Both the position numbers and the translations under genes were made by a program. Shown here piece after piece: positions 55,153 to 64,000 of a stretch of DNA of 64,000 nt; positions within the stretch are counted from its first letter, which is position 1; each line of letters starts with the position of its first letter. The notes beneath the pieces are model-generated. The model ran no database searches. It was given only the letters and a program-made list of their open reading frames with translations, and was not told the DNA's origin. Source of the DNA: a virus (taxonomy: Duplodnaviria; Caudoviricetes); IMG/VR virus record IMGVR_UViG_3300025362_000477; one strand, 5' to 3'.

Positions 55153-58100
55153 CTAAAAATTTCCGGTTACAAGTTTCTCTAAAAGAGATTCGTCAGTGGG
55201 TCTATCATATATCAATCCAGTAGTAATGGAAGCTTTCGGATCCTCAAATGCCAATGCTTGAAGCCAAGATTCCAATTTCGGAATAGCCTTTGGGCCTCTT
55301 ACAACTGGATCATAATTCGGATTCAATCTTGCAGGATATGCAGGATTCCCCTTATCTCTAAGGAGATTGGATGCTAGAACTTCTAAATGAATCATATCAG
55401 TATTAGTATTCAATGTCAAATATTGATCATAAATTTTCATAAGAAAATGATCAGCGTTTTTGTAAGGAGTTCGACCAGAAAATAAAGATTCAATGATCTT
55501 AACCTGTTCTGAGAAAGCATCATTTGTTGGTACAGTATTTAATACTATCGATCCCTTCTTATAAGTAATAATAATAGCCTTAGCATCTTGTTTTATTTGC
55601 TTATCAGTTAAATCAATTTCAATTTTATTATCTAAGGTCACACTTGTGACAGTATCAGCATAGTTCAAATTAAAATAACCATAATTTAAATTAAGACTGG
55701 TTTTTGTTAATTCAATATCCTTTTTAGAATCTAAATAGTCAGCCATTGAAATATAAATGGAACCATCACTTAAAGCATGGAGTTCTGATGTGGTCTGTTT
55801 GAAATGTCTTTCTAATAATCTCTTATGTGATGAATCTAACATTCTAGAGATCTCAGACATGATATCCATTGTCTTAATAGATACACTACCACCAGTATGG
55901 AATGTCATCATAATCGTCTGAGTCAATCTTTCACCGCATATTTCCCCTGCTAGAATCCCAACATACTTTGTTTTGTTACGCATCATCATATCCCCATAAC
56001 AAGTACGACATAGTGATGGAGTAGTACAATACATGGGGGATCTCAGATGAACCACTTTGTTCATATGCTGTGATTTGTTGAAAGGGACAATTTTCCTCTC
56101 ATCATCAACGATATATCGACCTTCTAATCGACTGGCAATATCTGCATCAACTTTTATCGTAACAAACCTCTTAGTTCTACAATCTTTAATTCGTGGATCG
56201 GCTTCAACTCGTTGAAGTGCCGATACCAATTGTCGTGATAGATACCCAGTATCCGAAGTATTCAATACCCTATCAATAATACCTTTTCTCGAACCATAAC
56301 CACTTTCAAAATATTCATCGCTCTCAAATCCATCACTATAACTATTTTTTATAACACGAATACCACCATTTGGATCTACAAGCAATCCTTTCGCAACTAA
56401 GATCTGTCTTGATTGTTTATAACCATTCTTCAATCCTCCAGCCTTACCTATAATACCAATATTAGTGCCATTTTCCTCAACATGCTTTTGTAATGCATCG
56501 GTCATTCTATCTGTTATGAGACTAGCTTCTACAGGATCTTTAGCAGTATCTAACTCATCTTTCATTTTCATTATATGAGCAGGAATCTCAAAATCAGAAA
56601 GACTAAAACTTGGTGCCATAATAGTATAATATTTCATACCCAATTTAACAGACTCATGACAGAATTTTACATATGTTGGATTCCCATCTTCATGTTTATA
56701 GTCATTATATATTAAAGCTGCTAATTTATTGATTTCTTTTTTTCCTGTTGGTACATTAGTATGATATTTTTTAGAAGGTAATACCTTATTAAACATCACA
56801 CGACCAACTGTTGTGACCTTACCATCATATTTTATTATATCAATAGGAGACATTTCTGTTAATTGCCTATCATCCCTAATGACTATTGGAGCTCGTTCTG
56901 ATTTACTATCCTGAGTGAGAGCATATAATCCGATAACCATATCTTTTGAAAAGTCATCACTGATAGTCCCCATTGCATCCTTAGATTCAGAATTTATCAT
57001 TTTATCTTTAGTTTCTTGGATAGATTCTTTTGTTATAGGCACATAAATGGCCATTCTATCTCCATCAAAATCTGCATTATAAGCTCCACATTTTAAAATA
57101 TTTAATTTGATAGTATTACCATCAACCATTACCGGTTTGAACCCCTGAACAGACTCTGCATGGAGTGCTGGATCACGTTTAGCTAATACAACCTTACCAG
57201 CAATTGCTCGATTCACAGAAGCTTTTACCATTGTTTCTAATTCATCTGGGAGCTTAAATTTTTTATTAATACTAGACATTAAACGACGAGTAGATGGGAT
57301 ACTAAATGTTTGTCCATTAAAATCTAATAGAAGTTCAGCAAATTTCTTCTGATCAATATTCCCACTATTATGAATATCATAAATGATAAATGGTTCAAAT
57401 AGTTTAACTAACATCATAAAAGGGATACCGATTTCATCAATCTTAATCTCTGTAGCTGCACCAGTAATGACAGCCCCACCACTAAAATCAATTCTCTTTC
57501 CTAATATATTTTGACGAACAATACCCTGTTTCTTTGAAATCTTCTGAATGATATAATTGTATAAATCACTAACCAACTCATGCATCTTAGATGCAAGAAT
57601 ATCATACATCGGACCTTCCGTTAAAGAAATAGATTCCAATTGAATGGACTGTCTTAATATTTTAACATAATAATCATTAATTGGTTTAACTCTCATACCA
57701 CCAGAAATTTCATCAATTTCTGCATCTCTTGATGATGCTGGTATAACTATGCACTTATCAACGAAAACCATATCATGTTTCAAATAATTCATAATCATAT
57801 TTTTAACATCAATTCTCTTCTGATCAGTTTCTTCCCTTGAAATCATTTTCTCAAAATTTTTCACAACAGAAGTTATCCCATTAATATCACCTTCAGGATC
57901 AGCAATTAAAGTTCCTTTATCATCAAATCGAAATGCCTGCTTTCTTTCAATTGCTTCAATAATTTTTCTATTTAATGTCCATATTGGCTTAACTAATGCT
58001 GGATGAATAATTTTACAATGTAATTCAATATATGATAAAGTCTTTCGTCGTTCAGGGGAATCCTTTGCACCAAAGATCTTTTCAGAAAATAAACCTTCAG

Positions 58101-58236
58101 GATGTAATACTACACCTTTGCCAACAACATAATCCGGAGTGGTCACTGGGTCCATCAATTGTGTTATTTTTTTAATATCTGACAGATATATTTGGTTCAT
58201 GAAAAAATCTCCTAGTTGAGCTTTTTGGGATCCCAT
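55153..58236 (-). CDS. rpoC: DNA-directed RNA polymerase beta-prime subunit
   Basis: GLFSEKIFG, LGKRIDFSG, RDPALH, NADFDGD, TSDTGYLSR, C..CYG, TFHTGG. Confidence 0.97.
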   Translation of the reverse strand: MGSQKAQLGDFFMNQIYLSDIKKITQLMDPVTTPDYVVGKGVVLHPEGLFSEKIFGAKDSPERRKTLSYIELHCKIIHPALVKPIWTLNRKIIEAIERKQAFRFDDKGTLIADPEGDINGITSVVKNFEKMISREETDQKRIDVKNMIMNYLKHDMVFVDKCIVIPASSRDAEIDEISGGMRVKPINDYYVKILRQSIQLESISLTEGPMYDILASKMHELVSDLYNYIIQKISKKQGIVRQNILGKRIDFSGGAVITGAATEIKIDEIGIPFMMLVKLFEPFIIYDIHNSGNIDQKKFAELLLDFNGQTFSIPSTRRLMSSINKKFKLPDELETMVKASVNRAIAGKVVLAKRDPALHAESVQGFKPVMVDGNTIKLNILKCGAYNADFDGDRMAIYVPITKESIQETKDKMINSESKDAMGTISDDFSKDMVIGLYALTQDSKSERAPIVIRDDRQLTEMSPIDIIKYDGKVTTVGRVMFNKVLPSKKYHTNVPTGKKEINKLAALIYNDYKHEDGNPTYVKFCHESVKLGMKYYTIMAPSFSLSDFEIPAHIMKMKDELDTAKDPVEASLITDRMTDALQKHVEENGTNIGIIGKAGGLKNGYKQSRQILVAKGLLVDPNGGIRVIKNSYSDGFESDEYFESGYGSRKGIIDRVLNTSDTGYLSRQLVSALQRVEADPRIKDCRTKRFVTIKVDADIASRLEGRYIVDDERKIVPFNKSQHMNKVVHLRSPMYCTTPSLCRTCYGDMMMRNKTKYVGILAGEICGERLTQTIMMTFHTGGSVSIKTMDIMSEISRMLDSSHKRLLERHFKQTTSELHALSDGSIYISMADYLDSKKDIELTKTSLNLNYGYFNLNYADTVTSVTLDNKIEIDLTDKQIKQDAKAIIITYKKGSIVLNTVPTNDAFSEQVKIIESLFSGRTPYKNADHFLMKIYDQYLTLNTNTDMIHLEVLASNLLRDKGNPAYPARLNPNYDPVVRGPKAIPKLESWLQALAFEDPKASITTGLIYDRPTDESLLEKLVTGNF

Positions 58237-58610
58237 CGTTCTGGTGATGGTTTCAAAGATTGACTAACAGGAATTTTAGTCTGTCTCTTCTTCAGTTGCT
58301 CTCTATATTGTTTGTATTTCATTCGCTCTTTTTGTAATTGTATAGAAAAATATTTTATCTTTTTATTTAATGATCCTTTAGATACGGAACCATTCTTTAA
58401 TTTATTTAATGTAGAAATGATCTGTGTATAACCTCTCATTCTACAGGTACTAGAACATACCTTCACTTGAAAATTATAATCAGGACCATTTTTAATACTC
58501 TTCCTGCATTTATCAGAGCATTTCTTTAACATCTCTTTTGCAGCACTAGATGCAGCAAAAACAGAATTCTCAAAAAGAATAACTCTAGTAAAAATTTTGT
58601 CAGTATCCAT
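58212..58610 (-). CDS. basic Cys-containing hypothetical protein
   Basis: ORF track. Confidence 0.55.
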   Translation of the reverse strand: MDTDKIFTRVILFENSVFAASSAAKEMLKKCSDKCRKSIKNGPDYNFQVKVCSSTCRMRGYTQIISTLNKLKNGSVSKGSLNKKIKYFSIQLQKERMKYKQYREQLKKRQTKIPVSQSLKPSPERWDPKKLN

Positions 58611-58666
58611 TAATAATCCTTTTACTATTTGTTCGGATTTATTATAAAGGATACTTTTAGCTAACC

Positions 58667-58686
58667 AAAAAAAGCCGAAGCCCTTT
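58667..58686 (-). terminator. TTCG-loop intrinsic terminator after cca
   Basis: AAAGGGC-TTCG-GCTTTTTTT. Confidence 0.6.
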
Positions 58687-58762
58687 CTTTAAGGATAATA
58701 TATACATGGTTTAGTTTTATCTAGTAGATGAATAATAACACCATGCAATCCCAGTTCTAAGA

Positions 58763-60133
58763 TTACTTATTTTTTTGGTACCAATCGATACCTTGGTCTG
58801 CTGTTTTAAACTTCCCATCCATCTGAGCATCATAGATTTTCTGTAGAATGGACCCAAATGTCTTATTTGGAATCAATCCCATATCAATTAAATGCCTGCC
58901 GAAAACGATCCGTTTAGGTCTTGAATCATAAACTTCTAATTCTCGAGCTTGTTTTCTCAACCAATCCTCAGCGTAATCAAAATGAGATTCAACTGGTCCT
59001 CGACCCATCTTATCACAAGTTGAAACCCAAGTTAACCAATCGATTCTCCCAACTCTATTTGCCAATCTTCGAATAGCAGATTTGGAAGCCCCTGTAGCAG
59101 CAAATGTTGTCGGTGCCATATGATTAGTAACCAATGAAACTACACTTTCAATAATGAAATTTGGTTTCTTCTGATTACTAGAACCCATCAATCGGGACAT
59201 GAATGAGCGAGTAGGTTCTTTTCCTGCATATTCATGCCGTCTTGATCTGATTTGACCATCAATGAATTCAGTCGTTGCTGGCTTACCAAAGTCATGACAT
59301 AACACAGCGAACCCACATATAATCTGATCTTCAACATCTTCCATACCTCTGAGAGATGCGAAAGCGTCCATACAAAGTCCTGTATGGATAAAAACATCAC
59401 CTTCAGGATGCCATTCAGAATCTTGTTCCACTCCAATCAAATCACGAAGTTCTGGATAATAATCAATCCATCCAGTATCAACCAAAAACTTTAAAGCTTT
59501 TGATATATAGATTCCTTTTGTGATCAATTTTTTCCATTCTTCTAAAATGCGTTCTCGAGACAGATCAAATTGACACAACCCTTTACATAACTCCAAGGTT
59601 AATGAATCAACATCCAAATCAAATCTAGCAACAAACTGCATTCCCCGAAGTACCCGTAAAGGATCCTCTGAAAATGCACTTGATGTATGCCGTAAAATTT
59701 TAGCATGGAGATCACGAAGCCCATCAAAGGGATCAATGATAATATCATTGATCGGATCATATGCCATTGAATTAATTGTGAAATCTCGGCGAGATGCAGC
59801 TTCTCCAGGGGTCATTGATGGATCACCTTCAATAGTAAAACCTTTATGACCATCCCCAGTTTTAGAATCTCGTCGTGGGATTGAAATATCAATATCATGA
59901 TGTTTGACCTTAATAACACCAAAGGATTTTCCAACGATATCAATATCAAATCCGTTTTTTACCAAGGTATCAATGATACTATCAATATCGAGATTGTAAA
60001 TCTCAAGATCAATATCCTTGAACTCGGCTCCGATGATGCTATCTCTCACAGCACCACCGACAACATAAGTCAATCCACCAGAACCACGAATGATATTGCA
60101 AATGCTCATTACTAAATCAGGTAGTTTCATCAT
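58763..60133 (-). CDS. cca: CCA tRNA nucleotidyltransferase with HD domain
   Basis: VGGAVRD, D.D, RRDFTINS, EDPLRVLR, HPEGDV..H, LCHDFGK; own AAAGGA RBS before ATG 60133. Confidence 0.93.
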   Translation of the reverse strand: MMKLPDLVMSICNIIRGSGGLTYVVGGAVRDSIIGAEFKDIDLEIYNLDIDSIIDTLVKNGFDIDIVGKSFGVIKVKHHDIDISIPRRDSKTGDGHKGFTIEGDPSMTPGEAASRRDFTINSMAYDPINDIIIDPFDGLRDLHAKILRHTSSAFSEDPLRVLRGMQFVARFDLDVDSLTLELCKGLCQFDLSRERILEEWKKLITKGIYISKALKFLVDTGWIDYYPELRDLIGVEQDSEWHPEGDVFIHTGLCMDAFASLRGMEDVEDQIICGFAVLCHDFGKPATTEFIDGQIRSRRHEYAGKEPTRSFMSRLMGSSNQKKPNFIIESVVSLVTNHMAPTTFAATGASKSAIRRLANRVGRIDWLTWVSTCDKMGRGPVESHFDYAEDWLRKQARELEVYDSRPKRIVFGRHLIDMGLIPNKTFGSILQKIYDAQMDGKFKTADQGIDWYQKNK

Positions 60134-60751
60134 GAATCCTTTCATCTTTAAGTTGATCTTCCGCCATTTTTTAACTGCCGGTTCCATCATACCAGCAACT
60201 ACTGACCAATGAGTCAATTGATCTGGAGTGATCTCTCTCGGCTTATGCTTTAGATTGGCCTTCTTAGCACACTCGTTACATAGAAGGGCAATATGTGTGT
60301 GATCGACTAGGAACCAGCTAGCACCTGTGATCTTACACATCCGTTTGATATCCTCCTTTTCAAGAGGATATGGAACCAATATAGGATTATCTCGAACAGC
60401 ATCTTCTCTGGCAAGATTCATTTGATCAAAGAAATTAATCTTCTCATCAGACTCAGCAGTTTTCAATTCAATCTTCTTGAGTGAAATAATCATCTGAGCA
60501 TATACATCCTGTAAGGTAGTACCAGCAACCTGACAACCCCAACAACGAGGTACTGGAGGAGTAGTAGTAGATTCACCAATTCGTTTCTTTTTAGCCATTC
60601 TCTTCTTCAATTCAAGCATATCATGTTCATGCTTCAACGTATTAGCCTGATTAGCTTCCTGATGGATCTTACATGCTCTACCATCCTTATATTGGAAGGA
60701 TTTTCTGCGAGATACTTCTATCCCGCAGATATTACAAATAAAATTTTTCAT
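60117..60751 (-). CDS. zinc-finger-containing hypothetical protein; as sequenced fused in frame to cca via A6 tract 60167-60172
   Basis: CxxC motifs; one extra A gives a natural-looking end MAEDQLKDERIHDETT*. Confidence 0.55.
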
Positions 60752-61221
60752 TTCACATCCCTTATTAACCAATCAGGATCTCCACCATAGAACCGGAGTT
60801 TATTTAAAATATCGAACTCATTAAGTCGACCTTTAATTTCAAATAACTCAATCCATTGATGGAATTTCAATAAAGCATACAAACCATTATTATAATAATC
60901 TTTATACTCATTACATATTGGATTGGAACATTTTTTATCTTCCGGTAACCATAAGTTAATATTTTTCTCTATCAACTCTGCGAGTTTAGTTGAATCTTTT
61001 GTAGATTCAATTATTATCACTTCTCGTCGTATGCAATTACATACTTCGCAAACGACAACTTTTAGTTTCTTCACGAAGAATCGATCGAAGTAATAATTTT
61101 CATCAATCTCCTTTTTCAGAAGATTATATGCTAAATCAACTACTCCATTTTCTTGGAGAAATTTCTTAGCATTAGTGATGGAATTGAATTGTTCCATCGG
61201 GAACTCTTCAATTTTAAACAT
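60748..61221 (-). CDS. hypothetical protein
   Basis: ORF track. Confidence 0.55.
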   Translation of the reverse strand: MFKIEEFPMEQFNSITNAKKFLQENGVVDLAYNLLKKEIDENYYFDRFFVKKLKVVVCEVCNCIRREVIIIESTKDSTKLAELIEKNINLWLPEDKKCSNPICNEYKDYYNNGLYALLKFHQWIELFEIKGRLNEFDILNKLRFYGGDPDWLIRDVK

Positions 61222-61251
61222 ATTATACCTTTCTGTTAAATTGAGAAAAAT

Positions 61252-61291
61252 AAACCATTGTCTCTTATATAAAAATAAGAGACAATGGTTT
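61252..61291. terminator. 17-bp perfect inverted repeat, probably bidirectional terminator
   Basis: AAACCATTGTCTCTTAT/ATAAGAGACAATGGTTT. Confidence 0.75.
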
Positions 61292-61307
61292 TAAACAATC
61301 AGATGAC

Positions 61308-61688
61308 TTAATCGTCAATATTATCCGCATGCTCAACCGGATCATCGACTATGTCGACAACATTAGCCATAATGGCTTCTATAGCCACCTGAAAGGACTT
61401 CTCGTACCGAGTCATGGAACGAGAGCTGATCTGTACCATATCGATACATGATTTAACAATCCCGATCACAGGATCGATCAAGATCGAATACAATTCAACA
61501 AGTGAAGTATACACCGGCACCAGAAGTGCTGCATGATTTATTACCGACTCACCGAACGCAATAATATAACGTTCGATTTCTTCATCACTCTTTCCCTCGA
61601 GAGAGTTCACTACTGTGTGAATCTGTACAGCTACGTCATCAATGTCTTTTTTGGCTTTCTTAGCCATAATCTTTGTGAATAAGTTCAT
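61308..61688 (-). CDS. hypothetical helical protein
   Basis: ORF track; start revised to MNLFTK. Confidence 0.55.
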   Translation of the reverse strand: MNLFTKIMAKKAKKDIDDVAVQIHTVVNSLEGKSDEEIERYIIAFGESVINHAALLVPVYTSLVELYSILIDPVIGIVKSCIDMVQISSRSMTRYEKSFQVAIEAIMANVVDIVDDPVEHADNIDD

Positions 61689-61779
61689 GATACTTATTCC
61701 TTTTTTTGTTATTACTAGTAACACGATATGATACACCACCATGGCACGGAATCGATTTTATCATCCGTTCATCATCCAA

Positions 61780-61802
61780 CCCCTTTATAAAATATAAAGG
61801 GG
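61780..61802. terminator. 10-bp hairpin
   Basis: CCCCTTTATA/TATAAAGGGG. Confidence 0.55.
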
Positions 61803-61805
61803 ATT

Positions 61806-61985
61806 TTAATTATTCCACCAATCTGTCCCATCCTCTATATGGGTTTGAAGCCATTCCTTTTTCTCGACTTCATGATCTTCTTGACGTACTTTCGCACGTC
61901 TCTTTGCCTGGGTCTTTCTACCACCTCTTTGGCCTAACTCAGACATTGAAATACCCTCGTTCATGGCATATTCAAAGAGATTCAT
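61806..61985 (-). CDS. 59-aa protein with KGG-like motif (SELGQRGG)
   Basis: ORF track; GGAGG RBS before MNLFEY. Confidence 0.5.
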   Translation of the reverse strand: MNLFEYAMNEGISMSELGQRGGRKTQAKRRAKVRQEDHEVEKKEWLQTHIEDGTDWWNN

Positions 61986-62266
61986 ACTACCTCCTTGATC
62001 CGAGTATTCTCTGGAAGAGAAACCCATACACCACTAGTATACCGGGACTTCTTTTTAGGAAGTCCCTGTATTTTTCTCTGCTCGGAGTATAGTATAGCCG
62101 AGGTCACTTCGACCTTATAAACTATACCATATCTTCTACACTTATCAATAGAATCAGTAAGGTAGATGATCCCACCAGACATCACGTCCATTTGTGATAT
62201 TCCGGTTGGGGTTTTCAATGAATCCCCAATGGAGATTATATTTCGTGAACCATGATATAATATCAT
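61982..62266 (-). CDS. small ADP-ribosyltransferase-fold-like protein
   Basis: LYHGS...IYLT...YG.VY.V pattern. Confidence 0.45.
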   Translation of the reverse strand: MILYHGSRNIISIGDSLKTPTGISQMDVMSGGIIYLTDSIDKCRRYGIVYKVEVTSAILYSEQRKIQGLPKKKSRYTSGVWVSLPENTRIKEVV

Positions 62267-62541
62267 GTGAATCTCCTTAAAAAATAGATCAATTTTAAGT
62301 TATATATGGAATGAACACTCATTCAAACCAAATCTAACTATCTTAATATGTCTTATATTGGATCTTTGACATAAGTATAATATGGTGCCTGTCTAAACCA
62401 AACCATATTATTAATATCAAACCTTAGCGGCGTCTGACATTAATTACCAAACCCGTCATCGGGTCGATGCTATATTCGTACATTAAAGCCTAGCTTTCTT
62501 TTGTACTGTTAATAAAACATGAAAAACCATCACAACAGAAC

Positions 62542-62660
62542 ATGTTTAACATCATATGATATTCAACAAATCCCATTTCGGAATAAGCTAAATATCATAT
62601 GATGTTAGACATGAACATCATACGGATTATATCATTCGATATAATAGCTTAGCTTATCCG
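62542..62660. repeat. nested inverted repeats in divergent intergenic region
   Basis: 62542-62563 vs 62591-62612 (21/22 complementary); 62579-62591 vs 62649-62660. Confidence 0.7.
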
Positions 62661-62825
62661 TAAAGGCGAACATAAAAATAATGTAATATTATTTCCTATT
62701 CATAAATATATATATATAGAGTAAAAAATCCATCCATAGTGGACAAAAGAATCTATCTTGAATGGTAAAAACGTCCATATATATAAATTAAAATAGAAGG
62801 GTTAATATACTAATAAGGAGCTAAT

Positions 62826-64000
62826 ATGATTAGATTTAACGAAACAGGCAAAAGAAAATATCAAATTCTTAATATTGATAGTAATGAAATTCCAGAAGAG
62901 ATAGATCCAAAAACAATCATCGTTGAAATGAATTTAATTTTTTCCCCAATAACAAATAAATTTTTCCGTTTAACAGAATTCGTAGAAGGTTGCAGTGACA
63001 CTATCGGAATTGAATTTGATAATTGGTATATTAAAATGATTAAAGATTATAAAAATTCAAAATATGATTATTCTATAATCAAGGCAAACATCCCTCAATT
63101 AAAAATTTATTGTAATCAATATCTTGAACATGTAGGAATCAACTTTGAAGATTACATCAATAGATCTAAAGTTTCAAAAAATAGTATTTTCTTTGATGCT
63201 GATGAGATTAAAAAGATCATTCAAGCTTCTAATTATCTAAAAATTTATTTTTCTTTCAGTCAAGATGCTAAAATGAAATTATCAAATAGATTTCATAAAC
63301 AAACATATAATATGTTAATTGAAAATATAAATGATACTAATATTATTTATAAACTATTCAAAATTGTTTCTAGTAAGACGTATGAATATAATTACACTGA
63401 CCGGTTCATGTGGGATTACATCAAGACTATTTACTGTAAAACAACTGATATGCATGTTTTTTCCATTTTTAATTTTATTATGAATAACATTCTAGTCACT
63501 TGCAAGATTGATTCAAATCCTATTCCTTATTTAATTAGTGTTATTGATGAATCTATTAAATGGATTCTAAAAAACATTTATAAAGATGCCATTATTTACT
63601 CTGAAACTGTGTGCACGCAAGATGTATATACTCAACAAGGACGAGATAAGTTATCAAGTTTTGCACAAAATGATACTTTAGGCAAACTACTTATCATCTC
63701 ATTTAATCAATTAGAAAATAACGGTATAAAAAATATTGAAACTTTTAAGAATAATATTACCGGTTTAAAAGAAATTTCATTGTTTGCGAATTATGTAACG
63801 TATCCCATTTTATCAAAAGTACTTGATATACCATATCGTCATTTTATGACTTTATCGGTTTCGAATTCATATTTATTAAATCTCTTAGTTCATTATTTAT
63901 TGCCAGTAGAATTTAAATCTAAATATCCAATTTTGTCTAAAATGCTATTACATTATAATAAACAAAAGCCAATTTTAAAGACCACGTATAAAGTTAAAAA
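62826..64000 (+). CDS. large helical protein, partial; candidate sigma-like transcription factor
   Basis: AAGGAG RBS, open frame hand-checked through most of its length (not in ORF track because it runs off the end); NILVTC...NPIPYLISVIDESIKW resembles sigma region 2. Confidence 0.6.
   Translation, partial: MIRFNETGKRKYQILNIDSNEIPEEIDPKTIIVEMNLIFSPITNKFFRLTEFVEGCSDTIGIEFDNWYIKMIKDYKNSKYDYSIIKANIPQLKIYCNQYLEHVGINFEDYINRSKVSKNSIFFDADEIKKIIQASNYLKIYFSFSQDAKMKLSNRFHKQTYNMLIENINDTNIIYKLFKIVSSKTYEYNYTDRFMWDYIKTIYCKTTDMHVFSIFNFIMNNILVTCKIDSNPIPYLISVIDESIKWILKNIYKDAIIYSETVCTQDVYTQQGRDKLSSFAQNDTLGKLLIISFNQLENNGIKNIETFKNNITGLKEISLFANYVTYPILSKVLDIPYRHFMTLSVSNSYLLNLLVHYLLPVEFKSKYPILSKMLLHYNKQKPILKTTYKVK

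Noticed and set aside
19702-61000. Remaining plus-strand and nested short ORFs in the track (e.g. 19702-20106, 34151-34394, 37132-37823, 46754-46987)
   Set aside because: Antisense to or nested in well-supported genes, with low-complexity translations and no RBS
1-64000. Genome-wide TAG reassignment (code 15) suggested by the CUA tRNA
   Set aside because: Multi-kb genes are intact under code 11 and coding density is high; no TAG-fragmented genes were seen
1-64000. Eukaryotic giant-virus or cellular origin because of multisubunit RNAP
   Set aside because: Shine-Dalgarno sites, tmRNA, CCA-encoded bacterial-type tRNAs, T4-like topoisomerase and dense small unknown ORFs indicate a phage

Overview
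64 kb of an AT-rich jumbo/huge tailed-phage genome. Nearly everything is on the minus strand up to a divergence point at ~62.3-62.8 kb. The first ~37 kb is a dispersed tRNA region: 23 full-length tRNA-like genes (several aberrant), a complete tmRNA, tRNA remnants, candidate structured RNAs, many small hypothetical ORFs and an RNA/tRNA-end repair toolkit (Tpt1/KptA, HAD, calcineurin-like phosphoesterase, cyclic-phosphate receiver domain, Pol-beta nucleotidyltransferase; a CCA-adding enzyme lies at ~59 kb). It also carries a GC-rich, apparently host-derived DUF481 outer-membrane beta-barrel gene. From ~37 kb come core genes: SF2 helicase, QueD, type II topoisomerase A and B subunits, an SSB candidate, and unsplit RNA polymerase beta and beta-prime subunits. 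The clearest unusual system is a fractured topoisomerase-B gene. Its N-extein plus a 119-aa IntN and a 38-aa IntC plus C-extein are separate ORFs flanking an out-of-frame Vsr-like (EDxHD-type) endonuclease, i.e. a naturally split intein. A nucleotidyltransferase is likewise split by an endonuclease but shows no splicing elements. Other highlights: an amber-anticodon tRNA, a Gly-like tRNA with a 17-nt anticodon loop, a thrice-repeated tRNA-trailer cassette, and a hairpin displaying a conserved 23S rRNA segment. All family assignments come from motif recognition by eye; no database searches were run.
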